A DNA stretch of 63,875 nucleotides, counting the filler, from Reticulomyxa filosa (lineage: Eukaryota > Protista > Foraminifera): the NCBI GenBank assembly GCA_000512085.1. It is 11 parts of 11 records of this genome, joined end to end, with 100 filler letters (N's around TTAATTAATTAA, not from the genome) between each part and the next. Parts side by side here need not be neighbours in the genome. Positions count along the whole stretch, not along the records: positions 30,455 to 53,392 come from ASPP01011507.1; positions 53,493 to 54,573 come from ASPP01019679.1; 9 more parts are not named here. The stretch is one strand, 5' to 3'. Positions 39,526-53,699 of this stretch are shown piece after piece (within the stretch, counting starts at the first letter, position 1; the number at the start of each line of letters is the position of its first letter). Below the pieces are notes generated by a model, which made no database searches, was not told the DNA's origin, and saw only the letters and a program-made list of their open reading frames with translations. The position numbers and the translations under genes are program-made.

Positions 39526-42500
39526 ATGAGCAATAATAACGAAACATCAAATGAGCGCCTTATCCAAGCGCTATGTTCTCGGACTTTGGAAGCTATTATG
39601 AAAATGAATGATAGCTCTACACCAAACGAGCAGCGTCAACAAATCAATCAGTTTCTAACACAAGTTAGACAAAAAAAAAAAAAGCTGAAAGCAAGAAACT
39701 TTGTAAAATACGGAATGTCGCAACAACTTGAAAGACAAGCAGAGAGGAAGAGAAGGGAAAGGGGAGAGGAGTGGGACAAAAATTTTTAGATCACGAATGA
39801 GAACAAAGTAAGAGTTGGGGTGATTTAATAGACATTTCCAAAGGACAAGAACTGTTGGGCAGTATTAAATTTATTTTTAAAACAAACAAAATTGCCGGAA
39901 GAAGCTCACTTTTTTGCAGCAAATATGTTGCGCAAGAAAGTTGTGTTAGTATTCTTTTTATTTTTTATTTTTTTTAAAAAAACATAATAAAATAACAACA
40001 AGTCTGTACATGCCCCCGTTTTTTAAATTTGTGATGGTGTGTGGAACGGGAAACGCTGATATGAATAACACAATACAGTTGTGTAAACATTTCAATCAAC
40101 TGAGCCGTGATGTCCATGGTAAAATAACAGATTCTATTTTGACATTTATCATACAATTCAAAGAGTCTTCAGTTACTTGGAAACGCTTTTTTTTTTTTTT
40201 TTTTTTCTTTGTGTTGTTTTGTACTCAAACAATAACAATTGACAATGACAAATACTGTTTAGCAAAAAAAGATTCGAACGCAATTGGAAATTGGGCTGTC
40301 GTATATTTTCATACAAAGGCCCGATTGGCAGGACGCAGTTCAGCATTTAGTTCAGAAGTTAGCAGCGCCAGACAAAGCGTGCGTGCTGCTTGAAACGATG
40401 ACACTGTTGGCAGAAGAAATCTATGATTGGAATATTCCCTTGAGCGAGAAATTGAGGAAGTCAGCTATTCAAGTTCCGTTGGTTTTGATTTGATTTGTCT
40501 CAATCATCTTTATATTATAATATATACACTTTTACATATTTACTTATATTATTTTGAAGAAAGGACAATGCGTGCAATATAAATATATTCATATATTCAC
40601 ATTAAAAAAAAAAACAATGTGACTAGAATTTGGAAAAACATGCAAAAAATGTACTAATGATGCTGGAAAAATTTTTTCAAAGTACTGGTGATCGTATTGA
40701 ATTGCAGTGCGCGGTAGGTTGTATGTACACATATACGTGCTTTTTTTTCTTTTTTTTTTTCCGAATGCTTTGTTCCTGGAACAAAATGCAAGCAAGGATA
40801 CACAAACTGCAAATGAAAATTGAAAGGTGTTCACTTGCTTTCACGCGTGGCTATTTGTAATGGATAATGTCAACTCCCAATTACTGGGTACCTCGAAACT
40901 GAGCGCGTGTCTATTTCAAGCGCTACAAAAAGAACCATTATTCGATATTGCCGCTCGCAGTATTTGCCGAGTAAGTAAATTGCAATTCTTTTTTTTTTTT
41001 TTTTTTTTTTGGATTTTTCTTTGTCTTCTCGTTCCCCTTTTCACTCCTTCTTCTCTCTACGGAAAAACGAGTAAAAATTCCTTATAATAAACAAACAGCT
41101 TCTTCGGCTTCAAGGACAAGTAACTGAAGATGAAGAACCAAAAGAAGGGGGTTCGGAAATGTTGAAGAAATCTTTTTCCTTCATTGTTCCAAAAGTTTTG
41201 GAGACACTGTCTGCGTTCAGTTCAGTTTGATATTCATGCATACCTTGTGCGCTTGTCCAGGCCTTTTCATTGACACACTATTGCATTTGCACATTTGTTA
41301 CTGCGGTTTTTTTCATTTTTATAAGTTGTGATGATTGTGTCAATACCAGAAACTGCGTTGAAACAAGAGTCAATTGACGTCTCAAAAATCGAACAATTTA
41401 CCAAGATTTATGTAGATACTGGAGATGTCTATTTGGACTGGATTTTAGAGGTATCATTTTTTATTTGCAATTGTACATATGCACACATGTTTGTGTGTGT
41501 GTGACAAAAATGACAATAATAATAATGTAATAAATAAATATCGGAAAGGATCATGACCCAAAATCACGACAATTGCTAGCGGCGATATTAGAGGCGACGA
41601 AATTCAAAAGCGACCAACGCATTCCTGCCTACACAATGTATTTTTGGGAACATTTTTTAGAGCCCTTTTTAATCGAAATCAAACAGATGAACCCAAACGA
41701 CGACGTGGACGACTTCAGCGTCGATTTCGAACGCAATTGGCATGGATGGCCCAAATGGTTTGTTGACAATGTGATCCCTCAATTGACCATTGTAATGGTA
41801 TCCAATTGCGAATGGCCAGAAGACTCGAATGAAGAAGACGCCGACAATTTGGATGCCATCCATTCCCATCGTTGGCAATGCAGTGATATACTAGCCAAAA
41901 TCGCCAAGATTTTAAGTGCACAACATTTGCTGGAACAATTCTGCAAAATGCTCACGTCTTTGGTCAACACATCCAATCCTTCTCCAAAAGTCAATATGCA
42001 AATTGAGGCCATTTTGTTTGCCATTCGTTCCAATTACAAAGTTTATGAAAAGCCAAAAGAAAATGAAACCCATCCATTGACTGAAGTTTTGTTGTTTAAT
42101 GTTACAAATTAATGAATACATATATATATACATATATAAATAAACATTTATATATTTACATATACATTTTTAAAAAATTTTTATTTACAGATTTTTCGCA
42201 TTATTCCACAATTGAAAGCAAAAATTATCGCACTCGTTGCACTGCAATCACATTGATTGCACGCCATGCCAATTTTTTAAATGTGCGAGATGAAACGTTT
42301 GATAAGTGTATGCAATATGTTTGTCAAGGATTCCAAAATCCCAAAGTGAGTGATGATGCTGCACATTGTATTGCCAGCGTTTGTGAAGAATTTTGTACTG
42401 AGCCCGCTTTTATTCAAAAACATTGGCCGACGCTATTGCAATTGTATGAAAGATCGTTCGCTTTGTCGATTCATGACGCATGTGAACTCACACGAGGATT

Positions 42501-44135
42501 GGTCGTAGTCATTTGCGCTTTGAATCACTATGAAAAAGCTCAACAATGGCTCAAGGCGATCTTGGACACCCCAGTCAAATATTTAGACACGATGAGCAAA
42601 AATCATGTCAAGGAACTGCGCATTGACGAACAGCGCACGATCACGTTGTTGGATATCATGAAGCGTATCTCTATCATTTGGAAATTTTGTGTCTTCTCTT
42701 CCGACTTTCCTACTCGCACAACAGACGGAACTAAATTAACCCCGTTATTGGTATTGTTTTTTCAAAAACTATGGCCTTACTTCAAAGCCATTTTGGAAAC
42801 TTATAAAGTTCGCTTTTTTTTTTTTTTTTTTATCTATTTTATCCTCTTCATCTTTTGGCCCCCTTTTTTTTTTACTTTGAAAGAGACATACATTACACAC
42901 AAAACAAATAAACAAAGAATGATGATGACTTGATGGAGAAAACAACTCGTGTGATAAAACACACAATACGAAATGAACCTGAAGCTTTCCAACACTGTAC
43001 AAAACAATGCTTCCTTGAAGTGCTCGAATTAACCACTCATTTATATACTCAGTCCCCAAGATCGTTATGTTTTTTTTTTGTTTGTTTGTTTTAAAATTTG
43101 TATTTGTTTGATCAATTTTGTGTACTGTGCAAATCAAAAACTATTGATGTGATTGATACTTGTCGCTATCCCCTCTCGGGTTTCTCTTCATTTAGTTGTT
43201 TCTTGTACATTATCTCGGTTTATGTAGACGAATACAACGAGTTGACGTCCATAACTGATTACCTGAAAGATTGCTTATTGAAAGTATCTAAAACGACACT
43301 GACATTGCTATCAGCAAAAGAAAAGTTTATTTTGATTCAAAAAAAAAAAAGTATTAAAAAAAATAAAAACAAATAAACAAATAAAAATACAACAGATTTG
43401 AAGAACGCCCAGATATTGTGGAGGATTATTTTGAATTGATTGTTTGCTACATGAAACGAACTCCATTATTGGTGTTACAACATGTGTGGCTACTTGAAAA
43501 AATATTTGTGAAAGGGCTTGATGGGATGCAAATGCAACACCGCCGTGCGTTTGACTCTCTTTGCCAATTTTACAAATATGCCGTTGCCCTGGGGAGACCA
43601 GTGTCGCGTCGCAACAAAGAAAGAGAAAAAGACAAAAAACGAGATGAAGGAGAATTAGGAGAATCAGATTCAAACACCGGCAGCACAGATTCACGTGATT
43701 CAGAAAGAGACCCCCGGATCATCAAATTGTTGCATGATCACGGAAGAACACTAGTTTTCCACATTATGAAAGGGCTCATGTACGAGGTCATGTTGCCTTC
43801 ACTAAGTAGCTTGGAACAAGTGTTAGAAGAAATATATCAGCTCAACAAATCCACGTTAAAAGAGCAAATGAAATATTGCCTGGAACAGTTATGCAATATA
43901 TTTTATTTATTACATATAAATATATGTAATTTTTTTACGTGGCCTTTAATGTTTGTTTGGATGTTGTGTATGCATTGGTAATAGAAATAGCGAATTCAAC
44001 ATACCAACAGAAGACCCGTCACCCAAGGAATTTTTTGAAGCATACTTTCAGTCCAAGCACCACAACGACCGGCGAAGATGCGTATCTGAACTATGGAAAG
44101 CAGCTGAACGATATTTGTTGCGAACCAAATATTAA
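39526..44135 (+). CDS. Importin-beta family transportin-3/Mtr10 (or importin-13)-like karyopherin, many exons
   Basis: N-terminal RQQINQFL, HFFAANMLRKK and IRTQLEIGL, HEAT-like helices, QIEAILFAIRS, and PDIVEDYFEL. Confidence 0.8.
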
Positions 44136-46087
44136 TGTTCACTACATATTCTTTTTTTTTGCTGTTTTTATTTTCTATTTTTTTTTTTTTTTTTTCTTTT
44201 TTAATTTATTTATTTTAAGTTTTTTGGTTTGCACTTGCGTGTATTTTTGTAGTTTTGAGTTCTTCTTTGTGGTCCAACTTTGATCTTTCGAAATGTTGGT
44301 GGCTCGCTATCGCAAATGTTGTGTGAGATACTCAATCCATTTTTTTTTATGATCTTTACAAAACTGACGAGAATTACCTACATTCTACCAAACTACACAT
44401 TATTCTTATACTCGCGAAATTTTCACTTTTTTGGGTATTGCTCATTGATGAATAAATCTTAAAGCGGTGCTTTGCTTATCACGAAATACTGAAACATATT
44501 ACTGAGGGATAACACATGATTTTTATCGAAATACATAGCAGCGAATTACTTTTTTTTCGTTAGCAATTTAACCTTAAAATACCGTCAAATGAAGATATAG
44601 CTATTCATTTCTGGTAAAATCCACAAAACAAATTTGTGATAATGTTATTTTAAACTATGTTTGACTAAAACAAAAAAATTCTATGTATAGAAAAATTATC
44701 CAAAAACACTCAAATTTTGTAAAAATAGATAATCTGACAATATATGGAAAAAAGTTTATTTTGAAATATTATTATTGTATTTCCATTTGGAACATATATG
44801 AACTTTTGAAGAATTTCTTTTAAGAATCAGAAAATATTGTGAAACTATCAATTCTGAAAGCACAAAAGTGAAAGAAATAAAACGAAAAGATTTTAACTTT
44901 TATATCGATGTCGAACATGGATATCTTTCATATATTGATATATTTAGTCTGAAATTTATGAAAAATTTATATATACAACAATAAAAGCAGTAGAAGTTGA
45001 ATAATAATATTAACAAATGTAACAAAAGATTCTTTATCATCATTGACAAATAATGATATTAACTTAAGAAGCAGAATGTCGTAATATGACATCAAGCCAA
45101 GTGATAAAAAATTTTGAAAAGAACAAAGCTAGATTATGATAATGTCGAAAATGAAAGATTACAATCGAATAAGAAACAAAAACTTCAAAGTTTAGAAAGA
45201 AACTAACTTATATTTTAGTGCAATCTGAAAATAAAGAATAACAATTGGACGATGAAAATGTATTTAAGAAAGGAAAAAAATTCCGAAAAAATTACTTTTG
45301 CAATAGAAGTACTACATTAGTATTTACGAATGTAATGTGACAAGTGAAAATGATCACAAATCCAAAAGAAAAATACAAAGTTCGGAATCACAAAGATATT
45401 GTGATGAAACCAAAAAATAAAATCTAACAAACGAGTAGGTGAACAAGAAAAATGAAAACATAAATAGAAGTCAGAATAAAGATCAATATGATAAAATAAT
45501 AGATTGAATTGCAGCATTACAAGTAACATTGCAGCAATTATTCAAGCAATCTCATTATTATTAAACCAAGAATGAAAATTTGAAATGATTTCTTAACAAA
45601 TCCTTTGAAAATTAAAATTTTTGATAAAATTTGTTTAAAAAAAAAGCTGAATTAGTTGTTTAGTTATATTTTGTACTTTTTCGTTTGCCTATTTTAGACA
45701 AGTTCTTTTTAAACTTATTTTGTTTGCTTCAAAAAAAGACAATATATTAATAAACCAAAATAGACAAATTCATGATTGTGTTCTAGCCGAGAGAAAGTGA
45801 GAATCAGACACTAAGCGATATCTGTTCTCTAGAATTCAAGAAATGCAAAAAAGAGAAAACATCCTAATTTTAAGGGCTATCATTAACCTTGCGCACTTTG
45901 TCCCAGAGATTACAAATATGGGTTTTGAAAATGAAAGCCATGCTGCGCTACACAACAGTATGTTTCCATACACAATTCAAATTATCAGCGATGAGTAGTC
46001 AAATGGATACATTGCTTTTTATTTGTGTCCTTTTACCAAAATGTGAACGTATTGATCAAATCCGTTGCTACAATTTTTTTTCAAATT

Positions 46088-48660
46088 CTAATTGCATTGG
46101 GCAAGCTTTTTTGTATCTTTTTCACAAAATGGCAAACCTTGATTGATTGTAAATAAAGCTGCGCTTTCAATGGCTGACCAACTTTTTGCAAATAATTTTT
46201 TTTAAAAAGAAAATAACAAAATAAGTTGACTTCATTGTTGCAGCAGCGTTTTTGCTCAAATTTGCTTGCTAGTTCTTCGAATTTTTGCTTATTTTTGGCT
46301 TTTCTTTTCCATTCTTGAAACTGATGTAATAGCTCTTTTGCTGCATTTACACCTTCTTTGTAACAATGTTTCAGTGCAATATAAATTACGTTCAAATCAA
46401 ATGAGTGGTTCCACAATCTACTAATTTGAAGAGTTTGGTCAAAGAATTGATCATATTTCGTCCATGTCAATAATATCGTTTGTATGTCATCACTTTCATT
46501 CTCTATTGATGCATTCCACGCATTTTCTTGATGGTTTTTGTCATTACCAAAAATATTTGATCTTGAAAACAAAATTTCACGCTCATGTTTAAATGGGGTT
46601 ATCCATAATACATCGCAACTGTTTATTCCACTTGCTCGCCTCATTGAAGGATGAAAATGTAAAATACATCCTTTACCCTTACAAAAATCCTTTGCTATTT
46701 CTATATCATCAGAAGTACTGACATGACTGATAAAAAATCCTGCTTTAATTTCTTTAATATTTTTCAATTTCACTCCTTTCAGTCCACAATATAGTTCCAT
46801 GTCAGTTTCTTCTCTTCTTTCATGTGAGCACAAAATGTTGATGGCCTCACACAAATACATATCAAAATACGGCCATTTATGATGTCTAAACTGGATTTGG
46901 TCACTGCTAAATTTAGAATTGCAATCGTCTGCACAATACAATAATAGTGCACAAATGTTATATAAATGAAGAGGGTATCCCATGCCCTTGTGGATGTCAT
47001 CGTAATATAATTTTTTCACTTTCCTGATTATTGGAAATTTGTTTAATGTTAATAAACTTGGATCGTCTTCTTTGTAACCGAAGTCTTGTGGAAGGACTTT
47101 TGGAACTCTTTCAGATTCAAACAGAGAACTCTGACAACCGTTTTTAATTATCTCATGAAATAACTCTTTCAATCTATCTGGTATTGTATTTGTCAATGTA
47201 CTGTCTTCAATTTTTTTTAGTTTGCCAACATCGCATTCATATAACAACGGATTATATTGCGATTTGTCCACTGATTGTCCACTAAAATCGACTTTGAAAT
47301 CATCGTTAAGTTCTTTCCTTATTATCTTAACGGTATGTTCAAGAGGTACCATGGAATAGTATTCAATTGCCCAAGCAGGCCGAATTTGTGGAAAGTATTT
47401 GATGTGCTCGTAGAGCTTATACAATAACACATCTTTGCTAACATTTAAAGGGATTTGCGGCTGGCATTTGTCAAATTCACATTTGTATAATATCACTCCA
47501 TTTTTTCCATATTCAAATTTCCCTTTGCTTTGCAGTTTACGTTTTATTCTTTCAAGTCCTTGTTTCAGAGTAACTTTGAAAGGATCCAATGCCTCATAAT
47601 AAATTTTGCTTTCATTTTTCCACATCACGTAAAAAGAATTGAATTCCTTTCAGTTCATTTTACGTGGGTAATTTTGATTACTCCGTTTGGTTTTGTGCCA
47701 GAAGGAGGAAAAAAGATCAAGATAGTGTTTTTTCTTTTTAACTGAGCAAAAATTTGAAAAATTATCTCTTTCAATGACATCTTGCATGCGAAAGTGCCAG
47801 CGTTTGTTGAGAACGAGACCACACCATTTCGTTTGATTAGTCTCAACTTCCGAAAAATGATTTTCCCATAGGACGTTGATATCAAACTCAAATATGTTAG
47901 TTGGATCTCCAACTTGCAATACCCTAACCCCTACAGGTTCACTTTTTTGATTAAACAGCAGAATTTGCCGATGATCGTAGTCAAATGCTATTTGATATTC
48001 TTTCCATGAATTATCATTTTCCTTTATGCACACCACCTCTGGAATACCCATCCTTTTTTTGTATCTTTATTTAAAAGCCAAACAATACAATGAATATCTC
48101 CTAAAAAAAAAAAAAAAGAATGAAAATGTATACATTTTTTGTGTTTTAATCAAGCCATAATAACGTTCCCATAAATCTAACATATCAACATCATTTTTAC
48201 GCCAAACATTGCTACTGTCTCGCTGGAAACCCATTTCACATAGTTTCGTTTCCATAATGCTCACAACTCCGCCATAATTAGCACCTTGTTCGTTACATTG
48301 CTGCTCTAACGTTTTACACAATATATCATGATTGACCACACGATATTTGCTTTTTGTTGGTTTTTTCAATATATTAGCCAATATGAATAAACAAGATTCA
48401 CGCACTATTTTCTCTTCCTTTCCTTCTTTCATCCTATTTGTCCCAACAAAGTATGTTTGTATCAATAGCATTCTCACAAACATTCTTTTTTTTTTTTTTT
48501 ACTTGCTGAGATCATATGTGGAACACATTTCTTCCAGTTTCAGGTAAGTATCCAAATAAAAACGATTACATTGCTCCCATACACCTGAAATTGTTTCTGT
48601 TTCGATACGATCAGCAAATTTTTTCGTCAGCTCTTTAAAATGCTTTGTTTTTACAATTCT
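46088..48660 (-). CDS. PUB-like domain + C-terminal ADP-ribosyltransferase (ARTC/R-S-E-type) domain protein, multi-exon
   Basis: PUB-like ILANILKKPTKSKYRVVN..LCEMGF. ART motifs LYCG, FISHVSTS and PFKHEREILF. A homopolymer frameshift near 46200 suggests the true C-terminus is AIESAALFTINQGLPFCEKD. Confidence 0.72.
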
Positions 48661-49132
48661 ATCGATTCATTTTTGTTTTGTTTAGTGGTGTGTTGCAAGG
48701 ATAAACAACGAACACAGCGGGTTAATTTGTAGTAACTTGGTCGCTTCAATGTCCACCTCAAGAAAATTAGGCGGTTGTTGAAGTGTTTTTCAAAAACTTT
48801 TTCCTCTTTGCGTCTGCAATCATTTTGGTTGACTCCGAAATAATGGTTATGAAAAATAATTATTTTTTTCCTTTCCCCTTCCGGTTTGTTTTCTGAAGAC
48901 TGTGTCACAAAGTGATTGAGATGCATAATGCACAGAAGATGCCAAAAAAGAACAGACGATGAAAACATTTTAAAAAGTGAATTTCTTATAAAAGATAATT
49001 TGATTTCATCGCAAAATTGTAGAATGTAAAAAGTTCAAATAAAATGGAGAATATTGTCCAATTGAAATTGTGTCACACTGTTCAAATTGAACATATGTTA
49101 TTTTTGATAAAAAAATTGTGTTAATCATTTCT

Positions 49133-50349
49133 TCAGTCAGTATTTTCGAATCCTGACTGGACCAATTCGCGTTCAACGCCACCCAAGAATTTTTCTAAAA
49201 TGTCTTGAAACTCGAGTAAATCGATAGTGTCATTTTCTCCGGCCAATTGTTTGAAGGTGCCCATGGCCTCAAACTGTTCTCGTTGTTTTTTGGGCAATCG
49301 TCCTTTAAACCGTTCATATTCTTTCGCGCTCATGCCTTTAATTTATGGTAAAAACAAAAAAGGGGAAGGAAAAAGATTAGTCAGCAATACATTTTGGGGA
49401 AAAAAAGTTGATTTGTTATACACACACCAGCTTCCCCATCCTTGAATGCCACATCATAGTATACATTAAGAAGGGATGCCTTTTCATTCGCCAGCGCCAC
49501 GGTGCGCATATCGCGAAAAATTCCTGTCATATTGTCCAACAGCGATGCAATGTCCTAGTGGCAATTTATTATTTCAAAAACAAACAAAAGAGTTATCCTC
49601 CCAAAAACTTTTTTTTTTTATTGTGAAAATCAGAGTTTTTTATTTTTACAAAAAAAAATCTCAATAACTTCATTTTTGCCCACCACTTTCTCCAGCTCTT
49701 GTCTCAAATCATCAAATGCACTCAATTGTTGATTCAATTCGTCGGTAGACCCTTTCAAGCCATCCACAGAGGATTGGATTTGAGATACTTCTCCTGACAG
49801 TTTTGCTTTTGTTTCTTTCAGTTGGCCTATTTCATCTTTTTTTTTTTTTTTGCAAAAAAAAAACAAATTTGTATACGTGTTTACCTTTTTTCCTCCAATC
49901 ATCCCCCATTTTACAAGACCAAAACGTTAGGCCAAAAACGAAAAAAAAAATTATTCTACTCACAAGAATATGAGAGGTTTGAGCTTTCATTTACTACCTT
50001 CATATTTTTTGTTTTCTCCTTTCAATCGATCAATTTCATCTTGGATTGTACCCCATTTGTAGACACCCCAAGCTCCAAATAATCCCCCTATGAAACTAGT
50101 TCCTAAAAGCTCCCATACGAGCATTTTTCCTAGTGCTGTACTGACCAATCCCATAATCAGCGCAGCAATAGCAAACAGAAAGAAAAGCAAGAAAACGGGC
50201 ACAACCAATTTTGTCAGCTTTGCAAGTAGTGCCAGCGCACGGTTCGGACTTTTTTCGTCATTTATTTCAGAATAGGAATCAGAGTTTTCTGGAAATTCTG
50301 ACAATAGCTTTTCTTTCGCATTATTGTTTGCACTCGTATTAGACGACAT
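49133..50349 (-). CDS. Two-TM membrane protein with coiled coil and C-terminal EF-hand-like pair, 4 exons
   Basis: Two hydrophobic helices, a heptad segment, and EF-like loops DGEAGMSAKEY and AGENDTIDLLEF. Confidence 0.7.
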
Positions 50350-50751
50350 AGCTGCAAAATAAATGGAAGATGAGAATTTTACCAGAAATTTCGTGCTCCT
50401 TAGTAACACTGCACCAAAGCGTAGAAAGGAAGGCTAATTTGGTCGCAGGTGGTGATATCTCACAGGAAAAATTTAAAACCTTTGGCATATCAATGAAAAT
50501 ATTTTACAGATAGCCGATCGCGTGCTTTCATTTCGTTGTGTATTTTGATTGTAATATTACCTTGGAAATTGTTAAATTTTTATTTTTTTTAAACAGCTGT
50601 GGCATGGTTTAAAATGCCTTTTACACTGTTTAAGTGATTGCAGTCTTCAAAGGCATAATTTACTTTCAGTTTTGTTTTAAAGTAATACGAAAAAAGTAGT
50701 CCAAGAAAGCAAGGAACATTTTGAACCTTTGTAAATTATGTGTTTGAAAAC

Positions 50752-52485
50752 ATGTCGGACATACCGCCAAAAGTAAGTTTCAAAGAATTATTACAAAATT
50801 ATAAGCGTACATCAGGAGCAGGAGTAACCCAAGCCTGTGTTCCTGCGTTTGTACTTTCCATCTCTTGTGAAGCAGTTTATAGTAACTTATTTTTGAAAGA
50901 AAAGGGAGTGTATCGCGTGAACGATACCATCAACTCTCTCTCCTGTGGAACCGTACAACAACTATTTGCATTATGGGTTTACCCATTGACAGACATTCCT
51001 TACCAATATTTGTTCGCGAATTATCGTCTCTTTGATTTTAAGGATAACTGGCGAACCTTTCTCCTTTTTTTTATTTTGTCGGATTTTGCCTATTATTGGA
51101 GTATACATCTTTGAAAAAAAATTTGAAACCCACACATACATATAAATATATATACGTATATGTGTCAAAAAGCCACAAAAAAAAAAACCCCAAAGCAAAC
51201 ACAAACAAAATGAAACTAGCACATCGCTGGAGCCATGAATATAACTTTGCTTGGGCAGCGCATTCGGTGCACCACAATAGCGAGAATTTTAACTTGAGCA
51301 CGGCTTTGAGGCAATCTGCATTTCAACGTTACACCATCAACAATGTGTTTATTTATTGCTTTTTTTTTTTTTTCTTTCCCAAGGGGGAGTATAAAAATAA
51401 AACAAAACAAAAAACTAGTACGTATAAATGTGCATGTGAAAATTGTGAACTGAACAGTATTGTGTGTAATATTTTGGAACGCGCTACCAAATGCAGTAAT
51501 AGGGATACCACCAAGGCTGTGGAACATGCATAACCAATTGAATACAGTGCTACAGTTTTGGATTCACACGCAGTACGTACGCGAACTGGGCCCACTTGAA
51601 TACATTATCAACACGCCCAGACAACACAAGAACCATCACAGCAGAGCGCCGGCTGTGTGCAACACAAACTATGCCGGCGTGCTGTCGATATGGGATCAAC
51701 TTTTTGGCACGTTTGATTTGCAAAGTGTGCCGAACATGTTTGGGACTATTGGTTAAAACATTTTTATTTTTTATTTTTTTTTTTACTTTGCAAAGACTGA
51801 GAGATCACTATTGAAAAGATATATACATATATATAAATATTTTTTTTAATTTTGTTTTGAATTTAGACAAACCAGACACGTTTGATCCAATCACTCTTCA
51901 ATTTCGAAATTTTGGGAAGTTGTTTTCCAGAATGTGGCAAAAAAAAGGGATTTGGGCCAAACTGCAAGTGCTCGGACGCTATGGACGTTTTGAGATTGAC
52001 ACGTGCATGGACGATCATGTCCACGAGCCGTTACGCTAGACCCCATTTTATCCGGTCGTTGCCGACTTTATAGTGCGATCAGTTTTGTATTTCTTTTGTT
52101 GGATTATTTGTGCTTGAGCAAATCGTTCCGTCTCATGCCTATACTGCCCACTCGGTTAATGTACTCGTTGTATCTGTTGGGCTCTTTGAGCAGCTTGGGC
52201 CAGTACTTGAACAAACAACACTGGAGCAGATTTAGTGAAATGTTGCGATATGCACTTTCACTCTTTGTTTTATGTTTTGCTAATACCAAGCACAAGTCCA
52301 TGTGGCAAGGGACTGCAGCCCATTGGATTGTTCACAAGTGCCAGCAATCCAAGCACTCCATCTTATGGAAGATGGCCAAGTTTGTGTTCATTGCCTGGAG
52401 TGTGACCGCTCTTCTTCATTTGTATACTCAAAAAAAAGATGGTGAACATGTCCATTGTACAAATACGACAAAGACAACAAGCTGA
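50752..52485 (+). CDS. AGMO: Alkylglycerol monooxygenase-like (fatty acid hydroxylase/sterol desaturase superfamily), 4 exons
   Basis: [13 protein letters not shown], DFAYYWxHRWSHE, [37 protein letters not shown] and [16 protein letters not shown]. Confidence 0.88.
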
Positions 52486-52799
52486 ATGCTTGTTTTTCTT
52501 TGCTTGATTTTAATTAGGTGGGAGTGACACTGCTTTACTTTTTGCGTTTATATGGAATCGTTTTGTGCACTTTATTTGTACTTCCAGTAACAATTCAAAA
52601 TTGTAAAAATGGACAAAAAAAAGAGCCCGAAAACATCGTCAAACATCAAAAAAAATAATTTGTAGAACAGACTTGAACTTGATTTGTTTGTTTAGAAGTA
52701 ATTGAAAGGAGATTTTTTTTCTCTTTCAAACCCAAATTAATAATAAAAAAATCCCAATCACAATTCGTCATGAGCAGAAGAGGCTTCTTCATTTAGAAG

Positions 52800-53392
52800 T
52801 TGTACTGCTGTCATACTGTACAAGGCATAAGCTTTTTTTTGATAAACAGAACCACTACTGGTGTAACGATCGTGATTGATAACTCACTGAACTTGTTGGC
52901 TCGATTCAATTGGATATTAACAGCAATGACAACTTCATTCTATTTCAAAAAATAGCCCAGCAATATAGTGTCTCTTTCCATTTCCTCAGTTTTTTGTTGG
53001 GGTTTCAAGATTTGATCTTTTTCAAAATCATCTAATATATCAGAATGTTGCTGTCTAATCTTGGTCAACTTGTAATGTGCCTCTATATTTTTGTCTTCAT
53101 GCTCAATTTGTTTGAAGGCATTACTTGTCAATTTGACTTTAACGACTCCCTCTATTTTTCGAATTTTTCCATTTTAATACCGTGACTTCCAAGTCTTTAT
53201 CTTGCAACAACTTGCTTGGCAAATGTGCATCTACATGCAATTCCACCGCACGCAAATCTTTCACAGAAATAGACTGTAATTGCTCTTTGGGCAGTAGTTG
53301 ATATTTTTGAAACGTATTTTTCACTGACACCTGAAATTGTTGCTCTGCAATATCGTTTCCCAAACCCTCCGTGAACAAATGCAACGATGCAT
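52800..53392 (-). pseudogene. Fragmented coding-like sequence of unknown family
   Basis: Two short adjacent ORFs with protein-like composition, broken by a frameshift and stops. Confidence 0.3.
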
Positions 53393-53699
53393 NNNNNNNN
53401 NNNNNNNNNNNNNNNNNNNNNNNNNNNNNNNNNNNNTTAATTAATTAANNNNNNNNNNNNNNNNNNNNNNNNNNNNNNNNNNNNNNNNNNNNAATCGCTC
53501 AATAATATTTGGATCGGCTTCACAAATGCATCTATTGGCATATCCACAATTACATTACCGACCTTACAATATAACCGTACCACGAGCTCTATTTCAAGTT
53601 ATATATTATTTGTATCATATTTTCAGCTGTGTAATAATGTTTTAATCAAAACAATATGAACATGGACCTTTTCATTGTAGAATGGTATACTTTAGATTT

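Noticed and set aside
44460-46000. A-rich stretch with short ORFs as a gene
   Set aside because: Frequent stops in all frames and no recognisable motif. Intergenic or too decayed to call.
36205-46205. Programmed ribosomal frameshifting at homopolymer runs (~36210, ~38925, ~46200; also ~24275)
   Set aside because: All are single-base shifts within homopolymers, the typical pyrosequencing-type error. No stimulatory structure is evident.
1297-48660. A physically clustered defence island (NLR, TPR-SAM, RdRP-like, ART)
   Set aside because: The NLR and TPR-SAM genes are on different contigs. RdRP-like and ART share a contig but are separated by a housekeeping karyopherin, so linkage is not evidence of a system.
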